Positions 40,176 through 51,262 of a DNA stretch of 64,000 nucleotides are shown piece by piece (positions within the stretch are counted from its first letter, which is position 1; every line of letters starts with the position of its first letter). This DNA is from Deltaproteobacteria bacterium. Lineage in GTDB: Bacteria; JAGRBM01; JAHCIT01. Position numbers and translations under genes: made by a program. The DNA is taken from assembly GCA_026129095.1 (NCBI GenBank), contig JAHCIT010000002.1:248001-312000 (forward strand), read 5' to 3'. The notes under the pieces are model-generated. The model was not told the DNA's origin and did not search any database. It saw only the letters and a program-made list of their open reading frames with translations.

Positions 40176-41051
40176 TTATTGGCACAGGGCCGGATGAACC
40201 CGGCCATAGGCGCGGCCATTAAAACTGAGATCGTCAGGGGTTTTCGCGCTATAGCTGAACTCGGCCAGGCTTCCATCGGAGCGGACCACCCTGACCGTGC
40301 CGCTTTGCCTCGTTCCCGACGCCTCCCAGCGGCCCGCTCCACCCCCCGACGACGCCGTGCCCCAGCCGGAACCGTGGTAGCCCGATTCGCGCTGCTCGCG
40401 GAACTGCCCGCCGGGACAGAAGGCAAGCGTATGCTCGCTTCCGCCCCCGCCGCCGCTCACCCCGGAAACCCCGGAGTAGCTCCACCACTGGCCGCTCACG
40501 GCGGCCTGCGCCTGGTTCCGGTCAACGGCGAAGAACTTCACCGAGCGGGCCATCTGGTCCACCCGGCTCCGGAGCCCGGCGAACTGTTCCGGCGTCGTGA
40601 CGCCGCCCACCATCACCGTCGCGCCCGCGCCCGCAACGGCCACAAGCCGCGCCTGAAGCGGTGTGCCGTCCTGCGCGGCCCCCGATGCATCGGCGTAGTG
40701 GGCTTCCCCGGCGGCGAGCTTCGCGCTGGCTGGGCCCGCGAGCGGTCCGAACCGGCCGCCCGTGTTCGAAAGCGCGCCGGACATTTCGCGCCCTGCGTCA
40801 GCCGCCGACCGGGCGCGGCTCATCCAGACGAACAGGAGTCCCGGCTCCGTGTCGCTGCCAAGGAGAAGCCCGTCATCGGTTTCGCGGTAGTTCCAGCCCG
40901 ACGGGATCGTGATCTCCGCCCCTTCGGATTCGGCACGGTAGGGCTTTCCTTTGGCGGCAGGCCCCGCCGGATCGAACGCCGCCGGACCGGCTGCCTGCAC
41001 GGGCAGGACGGCAAGAAGAAATACTGCGGGCAACGCGGGTGCAAATCTCAT
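40176..41051 (-). CDS. Secreted hypothetical protein
   Basis: Signal peptide ..PVQA; IPSGW N-domain; G.W...F...G.F...G.W C-domain. Confidence 0.7.
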   Translation of the reverse strand: MRFAPALPAVFLLAVLPVQAAGPAAFDPAGPAAKGKPYRAESEGAEITIPSGWNYRETDDGLLLGSDTEPGLLFVWMSRARSAADAGREMSGALSNTGGRFGPLAGPASAKLAAGEAHYADASGAAQDGTPLQARLVAVAGAGATVMVGGVTTPEQFAGLRSRVDQMARSVKFFAVDRNQAQAAVSGQWWSYSGVSGVSGGGGGSEHTLAFCPGGQFREQRESGYHGSGWGTASSGGGAGRWEASGTRQSGTVRVVRSDGSLAEFSYSAKTPDDLSFNGRAYGRVHPALCQ

Positions 41052-41148
41052 ATGATCCGGCGGCTTTCTTTATTTCTCGAGGATTTCACTGCCGAGCCTG
41101 AATGGACGGGGCTGGCGGTGGCAAGAGGTCGCAAGGCGAGCCGAAACC

Positions 41149-42393
41149 ATGAACCCGCCCGAAACATCCGGCGCCAGGCAAGGCACTCCCCGCATCCGCA
41201 TCGTGGATTCGGTCGCCGGCATCGAGGCGGCCCGCTGGGACCGGTGCGTGGACGAGGCCAATCCGTTTCTGGAGCACGGGTTCCTTCTGGCTCTTGAGGA
41301 GTCGCGCTCGGTGGGCCCCGGCACGGGGTGGCTGCCCCGGCACCTCACGTTGTGGGACGGAGACGAGCTGATGGGCGCCGTACCCTGCTACCTGCGCGAC
41401 GACTCCTGGGGCGAGTTCATCTTCGATTTCCAGTGGGCCGGTGCGTACGAGCGGTGGGGCCTGCCCTACTATCCCAAGCTCACGGCGGCCGCGCCGTTCA
41501 CCCCCGCCACCGGCGGGCGGCTGCTGGTAAATCCCGGCTACCGGTTCGAGGAGGCCTCCGGAATGCTGCTGGACGGCCTTGTCCAGCTGACGGCGGAAAC
41601 CGGAGCGTCGTCGGCGCACATCCTGTTCCTCACGGCCCGCGAGCAGCAGGCCGCCGCCGCCCACGGATTTCTTTCCCGCCTCAGCTACCAGTTCCACTGG
41701 GAGAACCCCGGCTACCGGACCTTCGATGACTACCTCGGTGAGCTCCGCTCCCAGAAACGCAAGCACATCCGCCGGGAGCGCAAGGAGGTGGCGGCAGCGG
41801 GTCTTGCGATCGAGACCGTCACCGGTGACGGCATCGGCGAGGAACACCGGGACGCGCTCTGGCGGTTTTACCGCTCGACGCACCTCATGCGGGGATCGCC
41901 GGGCTACCTGACGCGGGGATTTTTCGAGCGGATTTTCGATACCTTCCGGCACCGGATGGCCGTGGTTACGGCCCGCGAGCGCGGCGAGATCGTCGCCGGG
42001 ACGCTGAATTTCCAGAAAGGCGGAAAGCTGTACGGCCGCTACTGGGGTTCCAGCCGCCACATCCCGTTTCTCCACTTCGAGCTCTGTTTCTACCGCCTGA
42101 TCGATTTCGCCATCGAAAACGGCATCCGGCTGTTCGAGGCAGGGGCGCAGGGCGAGCACAAGTTCCTGAGGGGATTTCCGGCCCGCCCCACCTGCAGCAG
42201 CCACTGGATCGCAGACGCCGGAGCGCGGGCGGCCATTGGGGAATTCCTTGGCAGGGAGCGGGTTGCGGTCGAGCGGACGATCACCGGCTATAATGCGGTG
42301 TCGCCCCTCAAGCGGGTGCGCGGGACGGCGGATGGCCCGGACGGTACCCCGCCGCCCCCGGACCGGGAAACCGGATACGCCGGAGAAGAATGA
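41149..42393 (+). CDS. GNAT/FemAB-like protein (DUF482)
   Basis: NPFL...[26 protein letters not shown]...[21 protein letters not shown]. Confidence 0.9.
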   Translation: MNPPETSGARQGTPRIRIVDSVAGIEAARWDRCVDEANPFLEHGFLLALEESRSVGPGTGWLPRHLTLWDGDELMGAVPCYLRDDSWGEFIFDFQWAGAYERWGLPYYPKLTAAAPFTPATGGRLLVNPGYRFEEASGMLLDGLVQLTAETGASSAHILFLTAREQQAAAAHGFLSRLSYQFHWENPGYRTFDDYLGELRSQKRKHIRRERKEVAAAGLAIETVTGDGIGEEHRDALWRFYRSTHLMRGSPGYLTRGFFERIFDTFRHRMAVVTARERGEIVAGTLNFQKGGKLYGRYWGSSRHIPFLHFELCFYRLIDFAIENGIRLFEAGAQGEHKFLRGFPARPTCSSHWIADAGARAAIGEFLGRERVAVERTITGYNAVSPLKRVRGTADGPDGTPPPPDRETGYAGEE

Positions 42394-42403
42394 CCAGGAA
42401 GCC

Positions 42404-42742
42404 ATGAGCAGCAGCATCCGGCGGGAAACCCGCCACGACACGGCAGTGATTACCGAGGAGAAGGTCCGCACCCGGCGGCCCAACCGGTATGCGGTCGTCC
42501 TGCTGAATGACGACTATACTCCCATGGAGTTCGTCGTGTGGCTGTTGCAGACAGTGTTCCACAAGCCGCACGGCGAGGCGACGCGCCTCATGCTCGACGT
42601 CCACAACAAGGGGCGCGGCGTGTGCGGCGTGTATACCCTGGACGTGGCGCAGACCAAGGTGGACCGCGTGCACGCCATCGCCCGCCAGCACGAGCACCCG
42701 CTCCAGGCGGTTATCGAGGCCGAGGAAGGAGACGAGACATGA
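42404..42742 (+). CDS. clpS: Clp protease adaptor ClpS
   Basis: [27 protein letters not shown]. Confidence 0.96.
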   Translation: MSSSIRRETRHDTAVITEEKVRTRRPNRYAVVLLNDDYTPMEFVVWLLQTVFHKPHGEATRLMLDVHNKGRGVCGVYTLDVAQTKVDRVHAIARQHEHPLQAVIEAEEGDET

Positions 42743-44970
42743 AGGTCTCCGAGGAACTGCAGCAGACGCTCCGGCGCGCCTTCGAGACCGCCGAGCGGCA
42801 GCGGCACGAATACGTGACGCTGGAGCATCTCCTGCTCGCGCTGACCGAAGACCCCAGGGCGCGGGACATCCTCATCCACTGTGGCGGCGACATCGACCTG
42901 ATCCGCGCGGAGATTCTCTCGTTCCTGGACAACGAAATGACCGTGATACCGGAAGGAACCGACGGCGAGCCGGAATACACCCTTGGCTTCCGGTCGGTGA
43001 TCCAGCGGGCGGCGGGGCATGTGGAGTCGGCCGGCAAGCCCCTGCTGGACGGCGGGAACGTGCTCGCCGCCCTCCTGCGCGAGCGCGAATCGCACGCGGT
43101 CTTCGTGCTGGAAAAGCACGGCATCACGCGGCTCTCCGTCATACAGTATCTCTCCCACGGGATCGCCCGGTCGAACCTGCCGGTGCCACGCCCGGCCGGG
43201 GCTCCCGGCGCCGGAGAGGACGAGGAGACGCTCGGCGACCCCCTCACCCGGTTCTGCACGAACCTGAACGAGCGGGCCCGCGCCGGAAAGATAGACCCGA
43301 TGGTGGGACGCGGCGCGGAGATCGAGCGTCTCGTGCACATCCTTTCCCGCCGCCGGAAGAACAACCCGGTTCTTGTGGGAGACGCCGGGGTCGGCAAGAC
43401 GGCGATCGTCGAGGGGCTTGCGCTCCGCATCGTGAAGGGCGAAGTGCCCGAGGGGCTGAAGAACTGCACGATCCACGCGCTCGACATGGCGGGACTCCTG
43501 GCGGGGACCAAGTTCCGGGGCGAGTTCGAGGAACGCCTCAAGGCCGTCGTCGAGGCACTCAAGGGCGATCCCGGCAGCGTGCTGTTCGTGGACGAAATCC
43601 ACACGATCATCGGCGCCGGGGCCGCCTCCGGCGGCACGCTGGACGCCTCGAACCTGCTCAAGCCCGCACTCGCCAACGGCGAGATCAAGTGCATCGGCAC
43701 CACCACCTACAAGGAGTTCCGGCAGATCTTCGAGCGCGACCATGCCCTCGCCCGCCGGTTCCAGCGCATTGACGTGCGCGAGCCCACGGAAGCGGAGGCG
43801 GTCGAGATCCTCGAAGGGCTGAAGAAGCACTACGAGGATTTCCACAAGGTCCAGTACGGACCGGACGCCCTGCGCTCGGCGGTCGAGCTGTCGGCAAAGC
43901 ACATCCCGGACCGCCGCCTGCCCGACAAGGCAATCGACGTGATCGACGAGAGCGGCGCGGAAGTGAAGCTGAAGCGCGCCGGAGGGGATTCAGGCGTCTC
44001 GGTGGAGGACGTCGAGAACACGGTTTCGCGCATCGCCGGAGTCCCCACCCGGACGGTGAAGGTGGACGAGCGCGAGCGGCTGCGCGACCTGCGCAACCAG
44101 CTCAAGATGCGGATTTTCGGCCAGGACGCGGCCATCGACCAGGTGGTGAACGCCATCCAGCTCGCCCGCGCCGGTCTCGGCGAGCCCGAAAGGCCGGTCG
44201 GGTCGTTCCTGTTCGCCGGTCCCACCGGCGTCGGCAAGACGGAACTGGCCCGGCAGCTTGCCCAGATCCTCGGCGTCCAGTTCATCCGGTTCGACATGAG
44301 CGAATACATGGAAAAGCACACCGTCTCGCGGCTCATCGGATCGCCGCCGGGCTACGTGGGGTTCGACCAGGGCGGACAGCTCACCGACGCCATCCACCGC
44401 TCGCCGCACGCGGTCCTGCTGCTGGACGAGATCGAGAAGGCCCACGAGGACATCTACAACATCCTCCTCCAGGTGATGGACCACGCGACCCTCACCGACA
44501 ACAACGGCCGCAAGACCGATTTCCGTCAGGTGATCCTCATACTCACGACCAACCTGGGCGCACGCGAGCGGGCCGCCGGGGCCATCGGCTTCGGCGACGA
44601 GGGACGGAAAGACCCCGGCGCGAAGGCGATTGACCGGGCCTTCTCGCCGGAGTTCAGGAACCGGCTCACCTCAATCGTCCAGTTCGCCGGGCTGCGGGGC
44701 GCCGAGGTCGAGGCGATCGTCCGCAAGATGATCGACGAACTGGAGCAGCGGCTCGCGCCCAAGGGCGTGCATCTCGTCCTGGAGGACACAGCCCTGAAAT
44801 ACCTGGCCGAGAAAGGGTACGATCCTGTCTACGGGGCGCGGCACGTTCGGAGGCTCATCGAGACGGAAATCTCCCATCCGCTGTCCAGCGAGATCCTGTT
44901 CGGGAAGCTGGCCTCCGGCGGCGAGGTGCGGCTCCGCGCCGCCAACGGCAGAATCGAATTCGGTTTCTAG
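42739..44970 (+). CDS. clpA: Clp protease ATP-binding subunit ClpA
   Basis: [10 protein letters not shown]; two AAA+ modules ([16 protein letters not shown]); IGF loop; no middle domain; coupled to clpS. Confidence 0.96.
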   Translation: MKVSEELQQTLRRAFETAERQRHEYVTLEHLLLALTEDPRARDILIHCGGDIDLIRAEILSFLDNEMTVIPEGTDGEPEYTLGFRSVIQRAAGHVESAGKPLLDGGNVLAALLRERESHAVFVLEKHGITRLSVIQYLSHGIARSNLPVPRPAGAPGAGEDEETLGDPLTRFCTNLNERARAGKIDPMVGRGAEIERLVHILSRRRKNNPVLVGDAGVGKTAIVEGLALRIVKGEVPEGLKNCTIHALDMAGLLAGTKFRGEFEERLKAVVEALKGDPGSVLFVDEIHTIIGAGAASGGTLDASNLLKPALANGEIKCIGTTTYKEFRQIFERDHALARRFQRIDVREPTEAEAVEILEGLKKHYEDFHKVQYGPDALRSAVELSAKHIPDRRLPDKAIDVIDESGAEVKLKRAGGDSGVSVEDVENTVSRIAGVPTRTVKVDERERLRDLRNQLKMRIFGQDAAIDQVVNAIQLARAGLGEPERPVGSFLFAGPTGVGKTELARQLAQILGVQFIRFDMSEYMEKHTVSRLIGSPPGYVGFDQGGQLTDAIHRSPHAVLLLDEIEKAHEDIYNILLQVMDHATLTDNNGRKTDFRQVILILTTNLGARERAAGAIGFGDEGRKDPGAKAIDRAFSPEFRNRLTSIVQFAGLRGAEVEAIVRKMIDELEQRLAPKGVHLVLEDTALKYLAEKGYDPVYGARHVRRLIETEISHPLSSEILFGKLASGGEVRLRAANGRIEFGF

Positions 44971-44973
44971 GAG

Positions 44974-46182
44974 TCACCCCGCCAGCGCCCAGGCCTGCCG
45001 GGCGATGCTGAGGGATTCGTCGGTGGGGATCACCAGCGTCCGCACGCGGGCATTGTCGGTGGAAATGTCGTGTGGCTGGGAGGGACCGGCCACGCGGCGG
45101 TTGCGGCCGCTCTGGATGCCGATCCCCAAAAATTCGAGACCGGCGCAGCAGAGCGAGCGAATCTCGGGCTGGTTTTCGCCCACGCCTCCCGAAAACACCA
45201 CCGCATCGAGGCCGCCCATCGCCGCCGCATAGGCGCCGATCGTCTTCCGGATGCGGCCCGTGTAGATATCGATGGCGATTTCCGCCGGTTCGTGGCCCTT
45301 GCGCCGCTCCTCCATCACGTCACGCATGTCGCCGCTGGTGCCGCTCACGCCCCGGAGGCCCGAACTGGTATTGAGGAACCGGATGGTTTCGTCCAGCGAC
45401 CATCCGCGGACCTCGGCGATCCGGGCCACGGCGGCCGGGTCGATATCCCCCGACCGCGTCTGCATGGGCAGGCCCTCCAGCGGCGAATAGCCCATCGTCG
45501 TGTCGATGCTCCGGCCGCCCTTTACTGCCGTGAGCGAGCAGCCGGCGCCCAGATGGCAGGTGACGATCCTCAGACGCGCCAGCGGCCGGCCTAGAAGGCG
45601 GGCCGCCTCGGCGGCCAGATATGAATGGGAGATGCCATGAAAGCCGTAGCGCCGGATCCCGTGCCGGAGGCCCAGCTCCAGCGGAATGGCGTAGTAACGG
45701 GCTGCCGGCGGGAGCTTCGCGTGGAAGGCGGTGTCGAAGCAGGCCACCTGCACGGCGTCTGGCCAGGCGGAACGGGCGGCCCGGAGCGCGTCCAGCGAGG
45801 CCGGCTGGTGAAGCGGCGCCAGCGGGGCGAGGCTGGCGATGTCGCGTTCCACCTCGGCCGTCACCTTGACCGGATCAACGTAGAGGTTCGACCCGTGCAC
45901 GATCCGGTGCCCAACGATGGCGATACCGGTGACGGGAATGCCCCCGTGATCCCTCAGCCGTTCGGCGAGATTGAGAACCGCCGCCCGGTGATCACGAAGG
46001 CGCACGCGCCGGACCTCACGGTTTTCATCTACAACCCGGAGCTGGAGTTCCGACCGGTCGGAACCGAGCCGGTCCACCGAGCCGGAGACGATCCGGTCAC
46101 CGCCCGGAAAGCCGAACAGGTCGAACTTGAGCGACGAGGAACCGGCGTTCAGCGACAGGACCAGTGTGGGGGCGGCAGGCAT
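44974..46182 (-). CDS. ackA: Acetate/propionate kinase
   Basis: NAGSSSLK, GHRIVHG, FDTAFH, RYGFHGISH, TRSGDIDP, GGVGEN. Confidence 0.93.
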   Translation of the reverse strand: MPAAPTLVLSLNAGSSSLKFDLFGFPGGDRIVSGSVDRLGSDRSELQLRVVDENREVRRVRLRDHRAAVLNLAERLRDHGGIPVTGIAIVGHRIVHGSNLYVDPVKVTAEVERDIASLAPLAPLHQPASLDALRAARSAWPDAVQVACFDTAFHAKLPPAARYYAIPLELGLRHGIRRYGFHGISHSYLAAEAARLLGRPLARLRIVTCHLGAGCSLTAVKGGRSIDTTMGYSPLEGLPMQTRSGDIDPAAVARIAEVRGWSLDETIRFLNTSSGLRGVSGTSGDMRDVMEERRKGHEPAEIAIDIYTGRIRKTIGAYAAAMGGLDAVVFSGGVGENQPEIRSLCCAGLEFLGIGIQSGRNRRVAGPSQPHDISTDNARVRTLVIPTDESLSIARQAWALAG

Positions 46183-46206
46183 GCGGCTGGAACGGCTCCC
46201 GGCGGA

Positions 46207-47148
46207 TCAGTGGTGCGCGCCGATCTTCACGAGCCCCATCTCTATCTGGGACGTGTAAGCGGCGGCAACCAGCGAATAGTACTTGGCATCGTCGGTATCG
46301 GCCCGGGAAGTCAGCACGATGGGTGCCTTCGCGCCGACGACGATTCCGGCCATGCGTCCGCCGGCGATGTAGGCGAAGCTCTTGGCGAGCATGTTCCCCG
46401 CCTCGATATCGGGCACGAGCAGGATATCGGCCCTGCCGGCCACCTCGTTGCGTATTCCCTTGATGCCCGCGGCCCGCTCGGAGACTGCGTTATCGAGCGC
46501 GAAGGGGCCATCCACCACGCCGTCACGGAACTGCCCGCGCAGGCTCATGAGCGACAGCAGCGCCGCGTCCTGCGTGGCGGGCATCTTGGGATCGACCAGC
46601 TCGACCGCCGCCAGCACCGCCACGCGGGGCTTTTCGATGCCAAACTCGCGGGCGAGCGAGATGGCGTTGCGGGCGATCATCGCCTTCTTCTCGAAGTTGG
46701 GGGCGATGTTCACCGCCGCATCGGTGACGAAGAGGAGTCTCCCCAGATGGGTGGCCTCCAGGATGAACACATGCGACAGCACCCTGGAATCCCTCAGCCC
46801 CAGGGCGCGGTCCAGCACGGCATGAAGGAAATCGTCGGTATGGATGAGGCCCTTCATCAGCACCTGGTTCTCGCCGCTGGCCACCGACTGGACGGCCGCC
46901 CGCGCCGCCTTCACCGGATCGGGCTCGTGCCGGATCTCGAAAGCGGCCTTCCCGGCGTTTGTCTCCCCCAGGGTCCGCTCGGCCAGCGCCCGGTCGCCGT
47001 AGATCACGCCATAGGCAACCGAATCCCCGGCAGCCCGGCTGAGGGCCCGGACCGTGTCCTCATCGTGGCCGCAGACGGCCGCCACCCTGACGGGCGGCGT
47101 GCGCCGCATCTGTACGGCCATGTCCTCGAACGTGGTGATGGGCTTCAT
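46207..47148 (-). CDS. Phosphate butyryl/acetyltransferase
   Basis: LMKG, TDAAVNIAP, DGPFALDNA, PDIEAGNML.K, LTSRAD. Confidence 0.9.
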   Translation of the reverse strand: MKPITTFEDMAVQMRRTPPVRVAAVCGHDEDTVRALSRAAGDSVAYGVIYGDRALAERTLGETNAGKAAFEIRHEPDPVKAARAAVQSVASGENQVLMKGLIHTDDFLHAVLDRALGLRDSRVLSHVFILEATHLGRLLFVTDAAVNIAPNFEKKAMIARNAISLAREFGIEKPRVAVLAAVELVDPKMPATQDAALLSLMSLRGQFRDGVVDGPFALDNAVSERAAGIKGIRNEVAGRADILLVPDIEAGNMLAKSFAYIAGGRMAGIVVGAKAPIVLTSRADTDDAKYYSLVAAAYTSQIEMGLVKIGAHH

Positions 47149-47257
47149 GACCGGGAACCTAGCCGGACCGGCGGCGTTCGGAAAATGACAAATGCCATGC
47201 CGGAGCGGCCGCTCTCTTGCCTCGCCGGTACCCTTGCGGCCACAGTCGCTGGCGGCG

Positions 47258-48370
47258 ATGGACACCCTGCACGTCAGACTCCGGCGGAATGAAGACCTTT
47301 CCTACGACATCCGGACCGGAAGCGGCGCCCTCCGGGCGCTGCCGGATACGGTGAAACGGCTGGGACGTTTCAACCTCATCTCCGTCATCAGCGACCGCAA
47401 CGTGGACCGGCTGTACGGCGCGAAGGTGGCCCGCCTGCTGGCCGGACTGGCGCCCCGGGTGATCCGCCAGACGATTCCGCCCGGAGAGAAGTCCAAGACC
47501 CGCCGGATGAAGGAAAAGCTGGAGGATGGACTGCTCGCCCGCCGGGCCGGACGCGACACGCTGGTCGTCGCGGTGGGCGGCGGAGTCATGGGCGACCTGG
47601 CCGGTTTCACGGCGGCGACGCTGAACCGCGGGGTGCCGTTCATCCAGGTCCCAACGACCCTGCTCGCCATGATCGATTCGTCCATCGGTGGAAAGCTGGC
47701 CGTGGACACGCCGCACGGAAAGAATCTCATTGGCGTCTTCCAGCAGCCGGCGGCGGTCATCGCCGACACGGACCTGCTGGCGACGCTACCCCGGCGCGAA
47801 CTGGTGGCGGGACTCGCCGAGGCGTTCAAGCACGCGGTGATCGCCGACCGGGACCTGTACGGCCTGCTGATGCGGAACGCCCCGCGCTACCTGAAGCCGG
47901 ACCTCGGGCTTTACGGGAATCTCGTCAGGCGGGCCTGCCGGGTAAAGGCCCTCGTCGTCGAACGCGACGAGCGCGAGTCGAACCTGCGGCAGGTGCTGAA
48001 CTTCGGCCACACCGTCGCCCACGCCATCGAAACCCTGCGGGGTTACCGGACCCTCCACGGCGAGGCGGTCTGGACGGGGATGGCCGTGGAAGCGTCGATG
48101 GCGGCGGCCGAGGGGCACCTTCCCGCCACCGAGCGGGACCGGATCATCGCCGGCGTGGACGTCTTTTTCCCTCCATGGCGCAATCTTCTCAAGGGAATAA
48201 GCCCGCGCGAACTCGCCCGGGCGGCCCGTTCGGACAAGAAAAACCGGGGCGGGCAGACGCGCTACGCCGTTCCTGCCAGAATAGGGAAAATGTACCGGAC
48301 CGGTACGGGGAGTTATGCGGTCCCGATCGGCGATGACGCACTGGGCCGTGCGATCAGGCCCCTCATTTGA
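47258..48370 (+). CDS. aroB: 3-dehydroquinate synthase
   Basis: GGGVMGDLAGF, PTTLLAMIDSSIGGK, KNLIG, LNFGHT..HA.E, HGEAV. Confidence 0.95.
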   Translation: MDTLHVRLRRNEDLSYDIRTGSGALRALPDTVKRLGRFNLISVISDRNVDRLYGAKVARLLAGLAPRVIRQTIPPGEKSKTRRMKEKLEDGLLARRAGRDTLVVAVGGGVMGDLAGFTAATLNRGVPFIQVPTTLLAMIDSSIGGKLAVDTPHGKNLIGVFQQPAAVIADTDLLATLPRRELVAGLAEAFKHAVIADRDLYGLLMRNAPRYLKPDLGLYGNLVRRACRVKALVVERDERESNLRQVLNFGHTVAHAIETLRGYRTLHGEAVWTGMAVEASMAAAEGHLPATERDRIIAGVDVFFPPWRNLLKGISPRELARAARSDKKNRGGQTRYAVPARIGKMYRTGTGSYAVPIGDDALGRAIRPLI

Positions 48371-48396
48371 CGCAAAATGCCTTTATTCCTCGATAT

Positions 48397-48424
48397 TTGC
48401 ATCGTTATGCCGTGCGGATATAAT
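48397..48424 (+). promoter_or_regulatory. Sigma70 promoter of Hsp70 gene
   Basis: TTGCAT-N16-TATAAT. Confidence 0.65.
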
Positions 48425-48538
48425 CCCGGTCCGACCCGCATCACGATCTTGGAGAGGACAACGAAAAAGCTGGCCCGTGAGCTGGGGTACGTCCCCGGCG
48501 CCTCAACGGCAGGGCTGGCTTTTCAATCGGACACCTAG

Positions 48539-50068
48539 ATGGGCCGTATTATCGGAATCGACCTGGGAACGACCTATTCCTGCGCCGCCATTTATCTGGG
48601 CGGAAAGCTGCAGGTAATCCCGTGCAAGGGGTCGAACACCGTTCCCTCGATGGTGGCCATCGACGAGAAGGGCCGCGAGCTGGTGGGCCACGACGCCAAG
48701 CGGCAGGCCGTCATCAATCCGGTCAACACGATCCACGGGTCGAAGCGGCTCATCGGGCGCAACTTCAACGCCAAGACGACCGAGGTCATCCGCCGCCACT
48801 ACCGTTACGAGATGAACGAGGACAACCATGGCAATGTGCTGATCCACATGGCGGGCAAGGACTACACGCTGACCGATGTGGCGGCGCTGGTCCTGGACCG
48901 GATGCGGGACTACGCGCAGGAGTTCCTCCAGGAGAAGGTGGAAAGGGCGGTCGTGACCGTTCCCGCCTATTTCAACGACCGCCAGCGCCAGTCGGTCAAG
49001 GAAGCCGGCAAGAAGATCGACCTGGATGTCGTGCGGATCATCAACGAGCCGACGGCGGCGGCGCTGGCCTACGGATTCAACAAGGGACTGAACGAGAAGG
49101 TGCTCATGTACGACATGGGCGGCGGCACGTTCGACGTGTCGGTGCTCTCGATCCGCGACAAGGTGTTCGAGGTGCTCGCCACGGGCGGCAACACGTTCCT
49201 TGGCGGCGTGGACTTCGACGACCGGATCATCTCGTTCGTCGCCAAGAAGTTCAAGGACCAGCACAACGTGGACCTCACCGCGGACGCCATTGCCATACAG
49301 CGGATCCGCGACGCCGCCGAGAAGGCGCGCATTGACCTCTCCACGGTGGAGGAGGTCGCGTTCAGCATCCCCTATATCGCCGTCGATGCGGCGGGCCAGC
49401 CGCTCACCATTGACATGAAGCTGAACCGGGCGATCCTGAACGGACTCACCAAGGATCTGGTGGACAAGTCGTTCCGGATCGTCGATCAGGTGCTGGCAGA
49501 TGCCAAGCTGACTCCGAAGGATGTGGACCACGTGCTGCTCGTGGGCGGCGTCACCCGCATGCCGCTCGTCACCGAGCGGGTGAAATCCTACTTCGGCAAG
49601 CCGCCCGCCAAGTCGGTGAACCCCGACGAGGCCGTGGCCCTGGGCGCGGCGATCATGGCCTATTCGCTGGAGGAGAACTCCGACCTCCAGATCACGCTGC
49701 TGGACGTGGTGCCCATCTCCATCGGCATCGCCCTCCCCAACTTCAAGTTCCTCAAGATATTCGAGCGCAACACGCCGATCCCCAACTACAAGTCCAAGGT
49801 GTTCACCACCTACAAGGACAACCAGACGCAGATCCAGGTCCAGATCCGGCAGGGCGAGGCCGAGAATGCGCTCAACAACGAAATCCTCGGCAACTTCGTC
49901 TTCACCGGCATCCGCCCCGCGCCCAAGGGTGTTCCCAAGGTCGAGGCGATCTTCCACCTGGACCCCGAGGGTATCCTTACCGTAACGGCCCGCGACAAGG
50001 ACACCGGTACCCAGCACGAGACGATCATCAACCTGAAGGGCGACAACGCCCCGTCGGCCGAACAGTGA
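48539..50068 (+). CDS. Hsp70/DnaK-family protein lacking the helical lid
   Basis: IDLGTT, TVPAYF, NEPTAA, GGGTFD, linker TLLDV; ends just after SBD-beta (509 aa). Confidence 0.93.
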   Translation: MGRIIGIDLGTTYSCAAIYLGGKLQVIPCKGSNTVPSMVAIDEKGRELVGHDAKRQAVINPVNTIHGSKRLIGRNFNAKTTEVIRRHYRYEMNEDNHGNVLIHMAGKDYTLTDVAALVLDRMRDYAQEFLQEKVERAVVTVPAYFNDRQRQSVKEAGKKIDLDVVRIINEPTAAALAYGFNKGLNEKVLMYDMGGGTFDVSVLSIRDKVFEVLATGGNTFLGGVDFDDRIISFVAKKFKDQHNVDLTADAIAIQRIRDAAEKARIDLSTVEEVAFSIPYIAVDAAGQPLTIDMKLNRAILNGLTKDLVDKSFRIVDQVLADAKLTPKDVDHVLLVGGVTRMPLVTERVKSYFGKPPAKSVNPDEAVALGAAIMAYSLEENSDLQITLLDVVPISIGIALPNFKFLKIFERNTPIPNYKSKVFTTYKDNQTQIQVQIRQGEAENALNNEILGNFVFTGIRPAPKGVPKVEAIFHLDPEGILTVTARDKDTGTQHETIINLKGDNAPSAEQ

Positions 50069-50132
50069 CAATCCGGTAACATCGCCGGCGGCGGCGTGGT
50101 TTGCCGCACGGCTGGTGCCCCATACTGCCCCC

Positions 50133-50588
50133 ATGTCCGGAGCGAATCCGAAACCGGCGGTCCTTTTTCTCTGTACGGGCAACTCGGCAAGAAGCCTGCT
50201 CGCCGAGGCGCTGCTCCGCCGGCTGGGCGGCGGCCGGTTCGACGTGTACAGCGCCGGCACCGGGCCCAAGGGCGTCAATCCGTTCACACTCCGGGTGCTG
50301 GAGGAGGCGGGCGTCTCCGCCGAAGGGCTCTGGTCCAAGACAGTGGATGATGTGCTGGCCCAGGTGCAGCCGGACTATCTCATTGCCGTCTGCTCGGAGG
50401 CCGACCGGAACTGCCCCGCCGTTCCGCTACGCCGGGGCGAGCGGCTTTCGTGGCCATTCGACGATCCGGCAGCGGAAACAGGACCGGATGAACGGAAACT
50501 GGCCAGGTTCCGCGAGGTCCGCGACCAGATCGCCCGCCGCATCCGGGCCTGGCTCGGGGAGGAACCATGGAAGCAGCCGCCCCGCTGA
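50133..50588 (+). CDS. arsC: Arsenate reductase, LMW-PTP/thioredoxin type
   Basis: CTGNSARS P-loop; resolving pair VC-x6-CP; W.FDDP. Confidence 0.88.
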   Translation: MSGANPKPAVLFLCTGNSARSLLAEALLRRLGGGRFDVYSAGTGPKGVNPFTLRVLEEAGVSAEGLWSKTVDDVLAQVQPDYLIAVCSEADRNCPAVPLRRGERLSWPFDDPAAETGPDERKLARFREVRDQIARRIRAWLGEEPWKQPPR

Positions 50589-51262
50589 GATCGAAACTGG
50601 CAGCCGAGGCCGCCGGTACGGCCTTCCTCGTCGCCACGGTGGTGGGCTCCGGAATCATGGCTGAACGCCTGGCGGCCGGGAACGAGGCTCTCGCCCTGCT
50701 GTGCAATGCACTGGCGACCGGGGCGGTACTGGTGGCGATCATCCTGGCACTGTCTGGCGTCTCCGGCGCCCACTTCAACCCGGCCGTGACGCTGTTCGAA
50801 CTGGCCGGACGCCGGACCGGCCCGCGTGAAGCGGCCCTGTATATCCCGGTCCAGATCGCCGGAGGGTGCGCGGGCGCTATCGTGGCGAACCTGATGTTCG
50901 CACTCCCGGCGGTGATGGTTTCGCAGAAAATCCGGAGCGGAATGCCGCTGCTCTTCAGCGAACTCGTCGCCACGCTGGGCCTGCTCATCATCATCCGCGG
51001 GACATCAAGGCACCATGCGGGAATGGTGCCGGTAGCGGTGGGGCTTTACATCACGGCGGCCTACTGGTTCACCGCCTCGACCTCGTTCGCCAATCCGGCC
51101 GTTACCATCGCACGGACCCTGAGCGACACGTTCGCCGGCATACGTCCGCTGGACGCGCCTGGATTCGTGGCCGCAGAGCTGGCCGGAGCAGCCGCAGCGC
51201 TCGGACTGTGCGGGATCATCTGGCCCGAAGGGCCGTCTCAGGGAACGAGCCGCACTTCATAG
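50567..51262 (+). CDS. MIP/aquaglyceroporin of arsenic-operon (AqpS-like) type
   Basis: VVGSGIMAERL, SGAHFNPAVT, YWFTASTSFANPAVT. Confidence 0.9.
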   Translation: MEAAAPLRSKLAAEAAGTAFLVATVVGSGIMAERLAAGNEALALLCNALATGAVLVAIILALSGVSGAHFNPAVTLFELAGRRTGPREAALYIPVQIAGGCAGAIVANLMFALPAVMVSQKIRSGMPLLFSELVATLGLLIIIRGTSRHHAGMVPVAVGLYITAAYWFTASTSFANPAVTIARTLSDTFAGIRPLDAPGFVAAELAGAAAALGLCGIIWPEGPSQGTSRTS

